A stretch of 64,000 bases of DNA from Sphingobium sp. (GCA_036404995.1 DASWYL010000011.1:995-64994); one strand, 5' to 3'. Counted from the first letter of the stretch, positions 1 through 10,306 are shown. Numbers and translations are program-made. The notes: generated from the sequence alone by a model not told the origin.

Positions 1-521
1 TGGGTGCGCAGCTGGTGCGTGCGGCCGGTCTCCGGCGTGAAGCGCACGAGTGCCCGCCCGTCACGCGCCGCAAGCACACGCCAGTGCGTCACGGCCGACT
101 TGCCCTTGGGATCCGGCACCATCCGCCAGCCGGTTTCGCGCGTGCTCGTCTTGCCCAGCGGGATATCGATCGTGCCGCTCTCCGCCTCGGGCACACCGTC
201 GAGCACGGCGAGATAGGTCTTCTCCACCGCGCGGTTCTCGAACGCGGCGGTGAAGCGCGCCGCCGCCTTGGGATTGCGCGCGAGTAGCAGGCAGCCGCTG
301 GTGTCGCGGTCGAGCCGGTGGACCAGCACCGGCCAGCGCGCGAAACCGAAGGTGAGGCCCGCGAGATGATTGTCCATCGAAAGGCTTCCGTCGCGCGGCG
401 GATCGACAGGCAGCCCGGCAGGCTTGTCGATCACCAGCGCCTCGCCGTCGATGAAGACGATGCGCTCGGCCAGCGGGGAGGGCGGACGTTCGCGGCGACG
501 GGGGGACTTGGGATTGTTCAT
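1..521 (-). CDS. RluA-family RNA pseudouridine synthase (3' end runs off the window)
   Basis: Manual minus-strand translation from ATG 521: MNNPKSPRRR...VIDKPAGL...VHRLDRDTSG...TGRTHQLR. HRLD catalytic motif and GRTHQ motif present. Not in the ORF track because it is truncated. Confidence 0.93.
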   Translation of the reverse strand, partial: MNNPKSPRRRERPPSPLAERIVFIDGEALVIDKPAGLPVDPPRDGSLSMDNHLAGLTFGFARWPVLVHRLDRDTSGCLLLARNPKAAARFTAAFENRAVEKTYLAVLDGVPEAESGTIDIPLGKTSTRETGWRMVPDPKGKSAVTHWRVLAARDGRALVRFTPETGRTHQLRT

Positions 522-544
522 GGCGCAGCCTATAGGCCGTGCTC

Positions 545-1534
545 ATGCAGCGGGGAAGCATCGAGACCGTCGGCAAGTCGGCAATCGCCATGCCGGTCGC
601 CCGCGAGCGGCTCGATTGGCTCGATGCGCTCAAGGGCATCGGCATCATTGCCGTGGTCGTTGGCCATATCTGGGCGCGCGGCGTCCTGCGCGACGCGATT
701 TACAGCTTTCACATGCCGCTCTTCTTCATGGCGACCGGCGCCGTGGCGCGCGGGGTGCCGACGCGCATTCTCGCGCCGCGCCTGCTGCTGGCGCTGGGGC
801 TCCCTGCGCTGAGCTTCGCCATCCTGTTCCTCGGCCTCGATTATCTCATCGAGGGGGCGCGGCATGTCCGGCCGATCTTTCCGAACGTACCCACCGGCAT
901 CTGGACCATCCTGACCGGCACGGAGCGCCTGCGAGGTCCCTTCGCGATCCTGTGGTTCGCGCCCTGCCTCATCATGGCGCGGATCGTGTGGAACAGCCTC
1001 TCGCATCGCGTCGATCCCGCCGGCCGCCGGATGATCGCGGTCATGGGCGCCGTTCTTGTGATCGCTTTGCTCGTCGACCGCTGGGGCACGATATCGCCGC
1101 TCGGCCTGCTGCCCGTGCCGGGTGCGCTGATCTTCATCTGGCTCGGTTATCGCTGGAAGGATCGACGGCCTGGCCTTCTCTTCGGCCTTGGCTGCCTCGC
1201 TTTCGCAGCCTTTGCGCTGATCGTCATGCCGCCGCTCAACATGCGCGCGGGCGATCTCGGCTGGCCGGTCCTTGGCATCCTGGCCGCCGCCGCGATCGTG
1301 GACCGCATTGCCTGGGTCGCGCGCCGGTTGCCGGGCAGGCTGGCCCGCTTGCTCGGCTGGATCGGGCGCAATTCGCTCATCATCATGTTCCTGCACCTTT
1401 GCTTTGCCCACTATCTTGCGCCCTATTTTCCCAAGCTTGCGCTGCTCGCGCTGGGCGTTGCGGGGCCGCTTCTGATCGGCATGCTGCTGCGGAGGAACCG
1501 CGTGACGAGATTGTTGTTTCTCGGGGAAAGGTGA
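545..1534 (+). CDS. Acyltransferase family 3 (OafA-like) membrane protein
   Basis: RLDWLDALKGIGIIAVVVGH and FHMPLFF motifs, ~9-10 hydrophobic segments, C-terminal GRNSLIIMFLH. Start uncertain (545 or 590). Confidence 0.85.
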   Translation: MQRGSIETVGKSAIAMPVARERLDWLDALKGIGIIAVVVGHIWARGVLRDAIYSFHMPLFFMATGAVARGVPTRILAPRLLLALGLPALSFAILFLGLDYLIEGARHVRPIFPNVPTGIWTILTGTERLRGPFAILWFAPCLIMARIVWNSLSHRVDPAGRRMIAVMGAVLVIALLVDRWGTISPLGLLPVPGALIFIWLGYRWKDRRPGLLFGLGCLAFAAFALIVMPPLNMRAGDLGWPVLGILAAAAIVDRIAWVARRLPGRLARLLGWIGRNSLIIMFLHLCFAHYLAPYFPKLALLALGVAGPLLIGMLLRRNRVTRLLFLGER

Positions 1535-1593
1535 ACCGGCCGAAAAGGCGCTTCGGCCACACGTGCTTCTGAGCGCCTCGCTGCCAAGCCCGC

Positions 1594-1657
1594 GACTCGC
1601 GGAGTCAGGCCGGGTAATCTAAAATTAACCTTTTGCGTTCACACACCCTATGGTTAA
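1594..1657 (+). promoter_or_regulatory. ctrA promoter region: two GANTC (CcrM) sites, a CtrA full box and a CtrA half-site
   Basis: GACTC 1594-1598 and GAGTC 1602-1606. GTAA-N7-TTAAC at 1614-1629 (consensus TTAA-N7-TTAAC). ATGGTTAA at 1650-1657 is the reverse complement of the TTAACCAT half-site. Confidence 0.75.
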
Positions 1658-1719
1658 TAGTTGAGTTCGGATTTGCCTTGAGCGGGATTGGCGTCCGAGA
1701 CGAACAGAGGGGCTAGCAT

Positions 1720-2430
<711 letters not shown>

Positions 2431-2452
2431 CTTCCGAATTTCAGCAAGCATG

Positions 2453-2491
2453 AAGAAGGGCTGGCGGAGCGATCCGCCGGCCCTTTTCTTT
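2453..2491 (+). terminator. Rho-independent terminator after ctrA
   Basis: aagaagggctggcgga-gcga-tccgccggcccttttcttt: GC stem-loop followed by a T-rich tail. Confidence 0.85.
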
Positions 2492-2516
2492 GTGGCAGGC
2501 CGTGGGTTCCACACGC

Positions 2517-2617
2517 CGTCATTCCCGCGAACGCGGGAATCCTGTGCGATCGCAGAAGTAGCGGGAGTCTGTTGATGAAGGGCCGCGGCCTGGATTCCTG
2601 CGTTCGCGGGAATGGCG
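2517..2617. repeat. REP doublet (REPIN-like inverted repeat)
   Basis: cgtcattcccgcgaacgcgggaatcc (2517-2542) and ggattcctgcgttcgcgggaatggcg (2592-2617) are reverse complements with 2 mismatches. Each arm is itself a hairpin. Confidence 0.85.
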
Positions 2618-2679
2618 AGACGGGTTGGCGGCAGAGTTCAGAAGATATATCATCTCATAATTGCTATGGGAGAGATATT

Positions 2680-3159
2680 ATGAGAGCGCACTTCTTTCTC
2701 CTTCTTGCCGCTACCCTGCTCGCCACCCCCGGCACTGCACAGCCTGCTGCCCGTTCCCCGCTACTCGGCACCTGGGCTGTCGATGTCTCGAAGCTGCCCA
2801 TCCCACCCGAGCAGAGGCCCAAGAGCGTTACCTTCACCTACAGCGAAGCCGGCGAAGGGAAATGGGCGACACAAGTCGATATCGTCGCGGCCGACGGCTC
2901 GGCGTCGCACGGCACGGCCAGCTACCTGCGGGATGGCACAGCCTGGCCAGTGCAAGGCAGCCCGGAGGCCGACACCACCGCCGTCATGACGCCGCAGCCC
3001 GACGTGCTGGTCATGGCGCTGAGCAAGGGCGGTGTACCGGGGTCGATCCGCATCTACACCGTGGCGCCTGACGGCAAGAGCATGACGGAGACGGCTACCT
3101 ACTTCACCCGCGAGGGCAAGCCGGTCATGCGGACCAACTATTTCAACAGGGTTCGTTAG
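2680..3159 (+). CDS. Secreted hypothetical protein, probable lipocalin-like beta-barrel
   Basis: ATG 2680 after a GGGAGA RBS. Signal peptide, LLGTW motif, alternating beta-strand pattern. Confidence 0.7.
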   Translation: MRAHFFLLLAATLLATPGTAQPAARSPLLGTWAVDVSKLPIPPEQRPKSVTFTYSEAGEGKWATQVDIVAADGSASHGTASYLRDGTAWPVQGSPEADTTAVMTPQPDVLVMALSKGGVPGSIRIYTVAPDGKSMTETATYFTREGKPVMRTNYFNRVR

Positions 3160-3980
3160 GCCGCGCTACTCTTGCGCGGTTCCTCGGCGTCCTCGGCGCT
3201 CTCGCCGGTCGTCAGGAACCAGCATTCGGTGCCTTCAAGACCGATCGCGGTCAGCCGCCCGGTTGCATAGGCGCCTGTGTCGATGCCGATGCGATTGGTG
3301 CGCATCTCGACCTGTTCGCGGATCGAGTGGCCGTGAACGATCATATAGGGATGCGGATCCTCGCAATTGAGGAAGGCGTCGCGGATCCAGTAGAGATCGG
3401 TGTCTTCCTGCTCCTCGAGCGGCACGCCGGGCTGGATGCCGGCATGGACGAACGCATAGTCGCCGATGATCGCCTGGCTGTTCAGGCTGGCGAGGAAATC
3501 CTTGTGTTCCTGGGGCACGGCCTTGTCGATCATGTCCCAGAGTTCGCCGGGTTCCAGCTCCTTGATCGCGCGCTTGGAGATGCCATAGCTTGCCAGCGTT
3601 TCGCGCCCGCCCACGCCGTCGCGCGTGAAGAAGCGCACGGCCTGTTCGTCGCCGTTGATCGCCATCTGGAAGACCTGCTCATGATTACCCATGAGGCAGG
3701 TCATGTTCGGCCATTGATCGCGTAGCTTGATGAGGAAATCGATCACCTCGCGCGATTGCGGGCCACGGTCGACATAATCGCCGAGCAGGACCAGGCAGGT
3801 TTCCTCGCGCTGCTTGCGGCGCCAGTCGTCGCGGCCGATCATGTCGAGCAGCTCGACGAGCAGGTCGAGCCGGCCGTGAATATCGCCGATCGCATAGACG
3901 CGCCGATCCATGCCGACGGACGGTGGGCCGGCGAGGATCTGGCGGTCGCGTTTTGGTCGCAGCATCTGAAACATGATCAT
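3156..3980 (-). CDS. Metallophosphoesterase (PrpA/PrpB-like Ser/Thr phosphatase)
   Basis: GDIHG, GDYVDRG, GNHE, HAG, HGHS and IDTGA motifs. Confidence 0.93.
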   Translation of the reverse strand: MIMFQMLRPKRDRQILAGPPSVGMDRRVYAIGDIHGRLDLLVELLDMIGRDDWRRKQREETCLVLLGDYVDRGPQSREVIDFLIKLRDQWPNMTCLMGNHEQVFQMAINGDEQAVRFFTRDGVGGRETLASYGISKRAIKELEPGELWDMIDKAVPQEHKDFLASLNSQAIIGDYAFVHAGIQPGVPLEEQEDTDLYWIRDAFLNCEDPHPYMIVHGHSIREQVEMRTNRIGIDTGAYATGRLTAIGLEGTECWFLTTGESAEDAEEPRKSSAA

Positions 3981-4068
3981 GCCACTATAAGAGGCAAAAA
4001 GTGAACCGATACAGAATCGCTTTGTAATAAATTATATGCGCTTTGGTTCCCGGCTGTGGCGCATCGGT

Positions 4069-4623
4069 TCAAAGCCGTGGCAGAGTGACGCCCCGCTGGC
4101 CCATATATTTGCCTGCCCGGTCGGCATAGCTCGTCTCGCAGGGCTCGTTGCCCTGGAGGAAGAGGAACTGGCACGCGCCCTCATTGGCGTAGATTTTCGC
4201 CGGGAGCGGGGTCGTGTTGGAAAATTCCAGCGTGACATGGCCTTCCCAGCCCGGCTCGAGCGGCGTCACGTTCACGATGATGCCGCAGCGCGCATAGGTC
4301 GATTTGCCGAGGCAGATGACGAGCACGTCGCGCGGGATCCGGAAATATTCGACCGTGCGGGCCAGCGCGAAGCTGTTCGGCGGGATGATGCAGCAATCGG
4401 TCTTGCGGTCGACGAGGCTGTTGCTGTCGAAATTCTTGGGGTCGACGATGGCGCTGTCGACATTGGTGAAGATCTTGAACTCGTCCGCGACGCGCGCGTC
4501 ATAGCCGTAGGAGGACAGGCCGTAGCTGATGCAGCCCTCGCGGCGCTGGCTCTCCACGAACGGCTCGATCATGCCCGTTGAGAGCGCCTGTTCGCGAATC
4601 CATTTGTCGGAAAGAATGGCCAT
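4069..4623 (-). CDS. dcd: dCTP deaminase
   Basis: [34 protein letters not shown] motifs. Confidence 0.97.
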   Translation of the reverse strand: MAILSDKWIREQALSTGMIEPFVESQRREGCISYGLSSYGYDARVADEFKIFTNVDSAIVDPKNFDSNSLVDRKTDCCIIPPNSFALARTVEYFRIPRDVLVICLGKSTYARCGIIVNVTPLEPGWEGHVTLEFSNTTPLPAKIYANEGACQFLFLQGNEPCETSYADRAGKYMGQRGVTLPRL

Positions 4624-4654
4624 GTCCTGTCGCTACCCGCCCGCGGGTTCCCTA

Positions 4655-5095
4655 TCAACCCAGGTTCGCCGGTCCGAACGCGTGCGGCAGCAGCTCAGCG
4701 AGGCGATGGCGCGTGACGCTCTTGCCGTCGCCCGAGACGCATAGGATCGCGATCTCGTGTCCGGCCACATCCTGCGCTTCGTTCAGCACCTGCCGGCAGC
4801 GGCCGCAGGGGGTGACAACGGCATTGCCCGGTCCATCCATCGGCGCCCCGGCGACGGCGACAGCGACGATCTCCTTGAGCCGCCCCTGCGCGTTGGCCGC
4901 CGCGACGGCGACCGTCTCGGCGCAGAGCGACAGGCCATAGCTTGCATTCTCGAAATTGCTGCCGGTGAGGATCGACCCATCGGCCATGCGGAGCGCGGCG
5001 CCCACGGCGAAGCGGCTATAGGGCGCGTAGGCATGGCCCATTGCCGCGCGCGCCGCGTCGACCAGTTCCTGCTCCAGCGCGGTCAATCCACTCAT
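4655..5095 (-). CDS. cdd: Cytidine deaminase
   Basis: AYAPYSRFAVGA, ENASYGLSLCAE, PCGRCRQ. ATG 5095 overlaps the stop of the upstream gene. Confidence 0.95.
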   Translation of the reverse strand: MSGLTALEQELVDAARAAMGHAYAPYSRFAVGAALRMADGSILTGSNFENASYGLSLCAETVAVAAANAQGRLKEIVAVAVAGAPMDGPGNAVVTPCGRCRQVLNEAQDVAGHEIAILCVSGDGKSVTRHRLAELLPHAFGPANLG

Positions 5096-5811
5096 GGCCT
5101 CACCACGTCCCATTCCACCGCGCCCTTGATGCCCGGCACGCGCTTCCATGTCGAGGCCGTCCAGATCACCCAGGGCCGGGTCGCATAGCCGGGCTTGAAG
5201 AACTCTTCCTCCAGCCAGAGCGTGCGGTTGATCCCGGAGGAAAGGTCATAGGCGGCCTCGACGTCGCGCGTCACGCGCAGGATGGCCGGTTTGCCGGCAT
5301 GCGCCTCGATCTGGTTGAGGAAGATATTGAGCTCGGCGAGCAGCTTGTCGCGGCTGGGCCGCTGCGGGCAGAGCGGCGAGAAGGCGAGGGCGACGACGGG
5401 CGGCAGCATCGCGTCGTCCCGCGGCACCGTCGAGATGAAGGTCGTCGACTGGTCGGTCGCGCTGGCGCACAGGCTGTAGCGATGGATCGCGCCGTGCTTG
5501 AGGCCCGCAGCGCGCGCGCCGTCGAGATTGGCGGCGAAAGTGGCGTCGCGCTCGCTCCGGCCGGAGGACGCGACGAGATAGACGAAATCCGCGCCGCTCA
5601 GGCGCACGGCCGCCCAGTTGACCGCGCCTGTCTCCGCCGAGACTGTGATGCCCTGCAGTGGAAAGGCGCTCCGAGACGGCGTCCAACTCCTGAGCAGCCA
5701 GAAGGTGCCACCGCCGACGAGTGCGGCGGCCAGCACCACCGCGACGATGATGCGCAGCGGCGTGACCTTGATGCGGCGCTTGCGCGTCGGATCGCTGTGC
5801 AGAACGACCAT
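5092..5811 (-). CDS. GH25 (lysozyme M1)-like membrane-anchored protein with degenerate catalytic residues
   Basis: N-terminal TM anchor. GH25 layout (GITVS..G.VNW, GAIHRYS.C, LPPVV, PWVIWT, VPGIKG.V). Confidence 0.8.
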   Translation of the reverse strand: MVVLHSDPTRKRRIKVTPLRIIVAVVLAAALVGGGTFWLLRSWTPSRSAFPLQGITVSAETGAVNWAAVRLSGADFVYLVASSGRSERDATFAANLDGARAAGLKHGAIHRYSLCASATDQSTTFISTVPRDDAMLPPVVALAFSPLCPQRPSRDKLLAELNIFLNQIEAHAGKPAILRVTRDVEAAYDLSSGINRTLWLEEEFFKPGYATRPWVIWTASTWKRVPGIKGAVEWDVVRP

Positions 5812-5812
5812 C

Positions 5813-6295
5813 TTATCCCCGGATGTGCAGCACGCAGATCAGCGTAAACAGCCGCCGCGCCGTGTCGAAATCGACGGCGATCTTGCCGTCGAGCTTGGCC
5901 ATGAGCAGCTCCGCCGCCTCATTGTGGACGGCGCGCCGCGCCATGTCGACCGTCTCGATCTGCGCGGGCGTCGCCTGGCGTATCGCCTGATAGTAGCTCT
6001 CGCAGATCGCGAAATAGTCCTTGATCGCCCGCCGGAAGCTGGCGAGCCCCAGGATAATCGCCTCGAGCGGGCTGCCGTCCGCGCGGCGGATCTCGATCAC
6101 CAGCCGCCCTTCCTGGACGTTCAGGAACACCTTGTAAGGTCCGGCATAGCCGTCCTCATGCACACGAGCCGGCGCGAAGCTGTTTTCCTCGATCAGGTCG
6201 TAGATGGCGATGCGCCGCTCCTGCTCGACATCCGCATTGCGCCAGAGAATCGTCTTCTCGTCGAGCGCGATGTCGATGATGCGGGGGTCGGCCAT
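5813..6295 (-). CDS. UPF0262 family protein
   Basis: EQERRIAIYDLIEENSF, KDYFAICESYY, IETVDMARRAVHNE, DFDTARRLFTL. Confidence 0.92.
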   Translation of the reverse strand: MADPRIIDIALDEKTILWRNADVEQERRIAIYDLIEENSFAPARVHEDGYAGPYKVFLNVQEGRLVIEIRRADGSPLEAIILGLASFRRAIKDYFAICESYYQAIRQATPAQIETVDMARRAVHNEAAELLMAKLDGKIAVDFDTARRLFTLICVLHIRG

Positions 6296-6428
6296 GACCC
6301 CGAAACCCCTAGGCCCCGTGCTGCGTTGCGGCAAGGGGCGGGGGCGAGGGGGCGGGGATTGTTGACGGAATGAACCGTGCCGCCGAAGCGCATTGTCAGG
6401 ACTGGCGCTGGCCCGCTAAGCCAGCGCC

Positions 6429-7577
6429 ATGCGCCTCACCGACTGCCACAACATCGACGACTTCCGCCGCCTGGCGCAGCATCGCCTGCCCTGGCCGGTC
6501 TTCGACTATATCGACGGCGCAGCGGACGACGAGATCACCAAGACGCGCAATACGGCCGCCTATGCCGACTGCGACCTGGTCCCCAATGTGCTGGCCGGCG
6601 TCGCCGAGATCGACACGTCGGTCACGATCCTGGGCCGCAAGAGCGCATTGCCGCTGATCCTCTCGCCGACTGCCTTGCAGCGTGTCTTCCACTGGCAGGG
6701 CGAGCGCGCCGTCGCCCGCGCCGCCGAGAAGTTCGGCCTGTGGTTCGGCATTTCCAGCCTCGCCACGGTCAGCATCGAGGAGATCGGCGCCGCGATCAGC
6801 ACGCCCAAGCTCTTCCAGTTCTATTATCACAAGGATCGCGGCCTCAACCGCTCGATGGTCGAGCGCTGCAAGGCGGCCAAGTTCGATGCGCTGGCGCTCA
6901 CCGTGGACACCATCGTCTCGGGCAAGCGCGAGCGCTGCGCCCGCAGCGGCTTCACCTCGCCACCGCGCTTCACGCTCTCCTCGGCGCTTTCCTACGCGAT
7001 CAAGCCGCGCTGGGCGCTCGATTATCTTTTCCGCGAGAAGTTCGCGCTGCCCAATCTCGAGACCCATGTGAAGGAAGGCAGCGACGAGGCCGTCTCCATC
7101 GCCGGCTATTTCAACTCCATGCTGGAGCGCGGGATGGACTGGAAAATGGCAGAGCAGCTGCGCGAGGACTGGGGCGGCACTTTCTGCCTCAAGGGCATCA
7201 TGAGCGCCGCCGACGCGCGCCGCGCTGTCGAGATCGGCGCCGACGCGATCATGATCTCAAACCATGGCGGCCGCCAGCTCGACGGCAGCCGCGCCCCCTT
7301 CGACCAGCTGACCGAGATCGTCGACGCGGTCGGCGGCCGGATCGAGATCATCTGCGACGGCGGCGTCCGGCGCGGCACCCATGTGCTCAAGGCGCTGTCC
7401 GCAGGCGCCAACTGCGCCTCGGGCGGCCGTCTCTATCTCTACGCGCTCGCCGCGGCGGGGCAGGAGGGCGTCGAACGCGCCATCGGGATCCTCAAGGACG
7501 AGATCGAGCGCGGCATGCGCCTGATGGGGGTGACGAGCGTGGACCAGCTGGGGCGGGATCGGTTGCGGTGGCGGTGA
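6429..7577 (+). CDS. FMN-dependent alpha-hydroxy acid dehydrogenase/oxidase (LldD-like)
   Basis: FDYIDGAADDE, LTVD, LKGI, SNHGGRQLD, DGGVRRGT motifs. Confidence 0.93.
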   Translation: MRLTDCHNIDDFRRLAQHRLPWPVFDYIDGAADDEITKTRNTAAYADCDLVPNVLAGVAEIDTSVTILGRKSALPLILSPTALQRVFHWQGERAVARAAEKFGLWFGISSLATVSIEEIGAAISTPKLFQFYYHKDRGLNRSMVERCKAAKFDALALTVDTIVSGKRERCARSGFTSPPRFTLSSALSYAIKPRWALDYLFREKFALPNLETHVKEGSDEAVSIAGYFNSMLERGMDWKMAEQLREDWGGTFCLKGIMSAADARRAVEIGADAIMISNHGGRQLDGSRAPFDQLTEIVDAVGGRIEIICDGGVRRGTHVLKALSAGANCASGGRLYLYALAAAGQEGVERAIGILKDEIERGMRLMGVTSVDQLGRDRLRWR

Positions 7578-7982
7578 GGGGCGTAGAGAGCGGCATGATG
7601 CGGACTTCGATCGCGCTCTCCCGGATCGAGAAAGCGTAAAGCTGCTGCTCATTCGCATGTCCGGAACTTGCCGGGCAACACCTGTCAGTCAGGACACGAC
7701 CCGATTGCGGTCGTAAGCTCTCATTTGTCGTGACGACCGGCGTCATCGGCAGACAGTGGTGAACGTCGAACATGCCATGTTGATCGTGGCTAATCCGGTC
7801 CAGCTTCCTGTGCGACATGGCGCTTTGGCGAAGCGTTGCTGGCGGTCGTCGGCAGTCAAGTGATCTGTGTGGGACCACACGCTCAGTCTTTTAAGTACTG
7901 CGTTTTGCATTTTACTTCGATTCCATAGGTATTTAAGAACAATGCAGACCTGATTCGAATTGGGTAAAGCAAGGGGGAAGTA

Positions 7983-9737
7983 ATGCGGCGGGTCCATACG
8001 GTGGTGGCCGCTGCCACGTGTCTGGCTCTTGGGGCTTGCGGTGGTGGAACGCCCCAAAGCGTCGCGTCCTCCCCTCCACCAGTAACGCCTGCACCCTCAC
8101 CCACTCCCACTCCTCAGAATACCAACATCGGCGATCTGGTGGCCAGCCAGAGCTTCGTAAGCAATGCTTCAAACACCAAGGCGTCGTTCGACCTCACTAG
8201 CGGAACGACGATCGCTGCAAGTGCTAACCAATCCACTCTGGCGATCAGCTACGATGCCGCCACTCAGAGCTACACGGTCACGACGGGCGCGAGCGAGATG
8301 CAAACCTTCGGGCCGGCGGATAAGGTTTCGCCTAGCATTCGTGGGGAAACCCAGTTCAGCAAGCCTGGCGACAGTAGCAGGAGTCATCTGACGATTGTTA
8401 CGATCCCATATCTCACCCAGCAGCCCAACCGCTTTGTTGCGCTCGGTTATTGGCAGCGGGACCAGCTTTCCAGCCAACGACAGGATCTTTCGTTGGACAT
8501 ATTCACCTTCGGACTGACAACCGCTGCAGCAGCGGTTCCCCGGATCGGAACGGCCAATTACGCGATCGATGTTTTTGGATTTCTTACTAATCCGACCGGG
8601 AGACCCGTGACACTTCAGGCCACCGGGACATTTGACCTTGATTTTGGAGCCGGTGCTTTTCTCGCACGCACCGACATGAGACCGTTCGACACCGCTACGG
8701 GTACGAATGGTTATAGCGGTATTTTTCCGCTTTTGCTTGGTGGGCATATCGGAAGTGGCGGGAGCTTTTCGGGAACGGCCTCATTTCGGTATTTGTCTGT
8801 CCAGCTCGCTGGCAGCTCAGATGGACGCTTTTATGGACCTAATGCCGATGAACTTGGCGCGACCTTTTCGGCGACGAGCGCCGATGGCGCGTCCCTCATT
8901 GGCGGATTTACCGGCGTGCTTGGAACCGGCGGCGCCACCCAGAATCTGACTTTGATCAACATAACTCGAGCGCAGGAGTTGAGTGCTGTCTATGGGGAGG
9001 TGTTCACCTCCACAAACGCTCTAGGCCACACCGAGGTCCTTACCTACACGGATGCCAGCATCGTCAATCTCGCGGTGAGCGGTTCGATGACCTATATCCC
9101 CAGCGGCTCGCCCCACAGAACCGCGGGTTTTGATCCAACGAATGAAACGGCTGGTCCGGTCAATTTTACATCGTACCACACCGTAGTGGACGGAAAGCCG
9201 ATTGACCTGTCGCTTTACAAACCAGGTGATGGCAATTCCGAGCTGCGTCTTACCTACTCCAGCTTCGGAATTTGGAAGCAAGTAGGTAATGATGCCAATT
9301 CTAGCGACACCTATCAGCAGTTTTTCACTTATGGGATCATGACGCCTACGGGAGCGACAATTCGGCGCACTGGCAGCGCGCACTACGCAGGCATAGCCTA
9401 TGGAGCGGCCATAGATCCGGCGACGCTTGAGCGATATACGTTGAAAGGAACCTCAGCATTCGACGTCGACTTTTCGAGCCAGAATTATAGTGGCAACCTT
9501 GCTTTGCAGAGTACACCGCAGGGAAGCGCCACTCCACGCAACATTGGACAGATGAGCTTTTCGGGAGCTCTCGGCACCAGTGGACCTGAGTCTGGGGCTC
9601 TAACCCAATCGGGCGCAAATGTCGGGCAAATCGCCCTCCGGTTTTACGGCCCGAATGCTGAAGAGGTAGGCGCTTCGTTCACTGCTCGGGCAAACAGCCT
9701 GACCATGGCTGGCGTGGCAGCCGCGCTGGCTCAATAG
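7983..9737 (+). CDS. Bilobed transferrin-binding-protein-B-like surface lipoprotein
   Basis: Lipobox LGAC, Pro/Thr linker, two lobes ending GRFYGPNADELGATF and LRFYGPNAEEVGASF. Visibly AT-richer codon usage than the flanking genes. Confidence 0.8.
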   Translation: MRRVHTVVAAATCLALGACGGGTPQSVASSPPPVTPAPSPTPTPQNTNIGDLVASQSFVSNASNTKASFDLTSGTTIAASANQSTLAISYDAATQSYTVTTGASEMQTFGPADKVSPSIRGETQFSKPGDSSRSHLTIVTIPYLTQQPNRFVALGYWQRDQLSSQRQDLSLDIFTFGLTTAAAAVPRIGTANYAIDVFGFLTNPTGRPVTLQATGTFDLDFGAGAFLARTDMRPFDTATGTNGYSGIFPLLLGGHIGSGGSFSGTASFRYLSVQLAGSSDGRFYGPNADELGATFSATSADGASLIGGFTGVLGTGGATQNLTLINITRAQELSAVYGEVFTSTNALGHTEVLTYTDASIVNLAVSGSMTYIPSGSPHRTAGFDPTNETAGPVNFTSYHTVVDGKPIDLSLYKPGDGNSELRLTYSSFGIWKQVGNDANSSDTYQQFFTYGIMTPTGATIRRTGSAHYAGIAYGAAIDPATLERYTLKGTSAFDVDFSSQNYSGNLALQSTPQGSATPRNIGQMSFSGALGTSGPESGALTQSGANVGQIALRFYGPNAEEVGASFTARANSLTMAGVAAALAQ

Positions 9738-9969
9738 TTCGCGTCAGGATTACAACTCCGGTTTCCGCCATCGACAGGCCACGATGTCGCCTCCACCCTA
9801 TCCCAGACGTCGGCTATTCATGCGACCCCACAAGCCGCCCGTGCACTTTCAGGAGCTAGGGTTGCGTATTGTTCATCGGGCGCGACGCAGCTTATCTTAA
9901 ACTCCCCCTTTCCTACACGCTCCATTCCGTCACACATAATCCGTCCCCATCCCATGGAGGACGCGTCCC

Positions 9970-10197
9970 ATGCCCATCGAAGCCCCGCCGCCCGCCCCGC
10001 TCCGCCGCCGCGTTGACGGCTGGACGCCGTGCCGCCAGCGCGAATTCCTCGCCGTGCTGGCGCAGACCCGCAGCATCACGCGCGCCGCGCGCGCTGTCGG
10101 CCTTAGCAGGACGGCCGCCTATCGGCTGCGCAGCCATCCCGCTGCGCGCGATTTTGCGGCCGCGTGGGATGGGGCGCTGGCGTTTCGCCCGTCTTGA
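9970..10197 (+). CDS. Small HTH hypothetical protein (sphingomonad RxDGWT family)
   Basis: ATG after GGAGG. RRVDGWTP.RQ..FL..LA.T.S...AARAVGLS...AYRLR...F..AWD.AL pattern. Confidence 0.7.
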   Translation: MPIEAPPPAPLRRRVDGWTPCRQREFLAVLAQTRSITRAARAVGLSRTAAYRLRSHPAARDFAAAWDGALAFRPS

Positions 10198-10274
10198 GGG
10201 GAGTGCACCTTTCTGCGGCCATGGGCGCAACTTTCACGACCTTTGTCACCTTCCAGGCCGTCCCTCGAGGCCGC

Positions 10275-10306
10275 TCGTCCACGCTCTTATCCACAGCTTG
10301 CCCACG
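10275..10306 (+). promoter_or_regulatory. DnaA box cluster upstream of dnaB
   Basis: Perfect TTATCCACA at 10287-10295, flanked by TCGTCCACG (10275-10283) and TTGCCCACG (10298-10306) in the same orientation. Confidence 0.65.

Noticed and set aside
10275-10306. Possible replication origin
   Set aside because: Only one perfect DnaA box, no AT-rich unwinding region, and no typical origin gene context.
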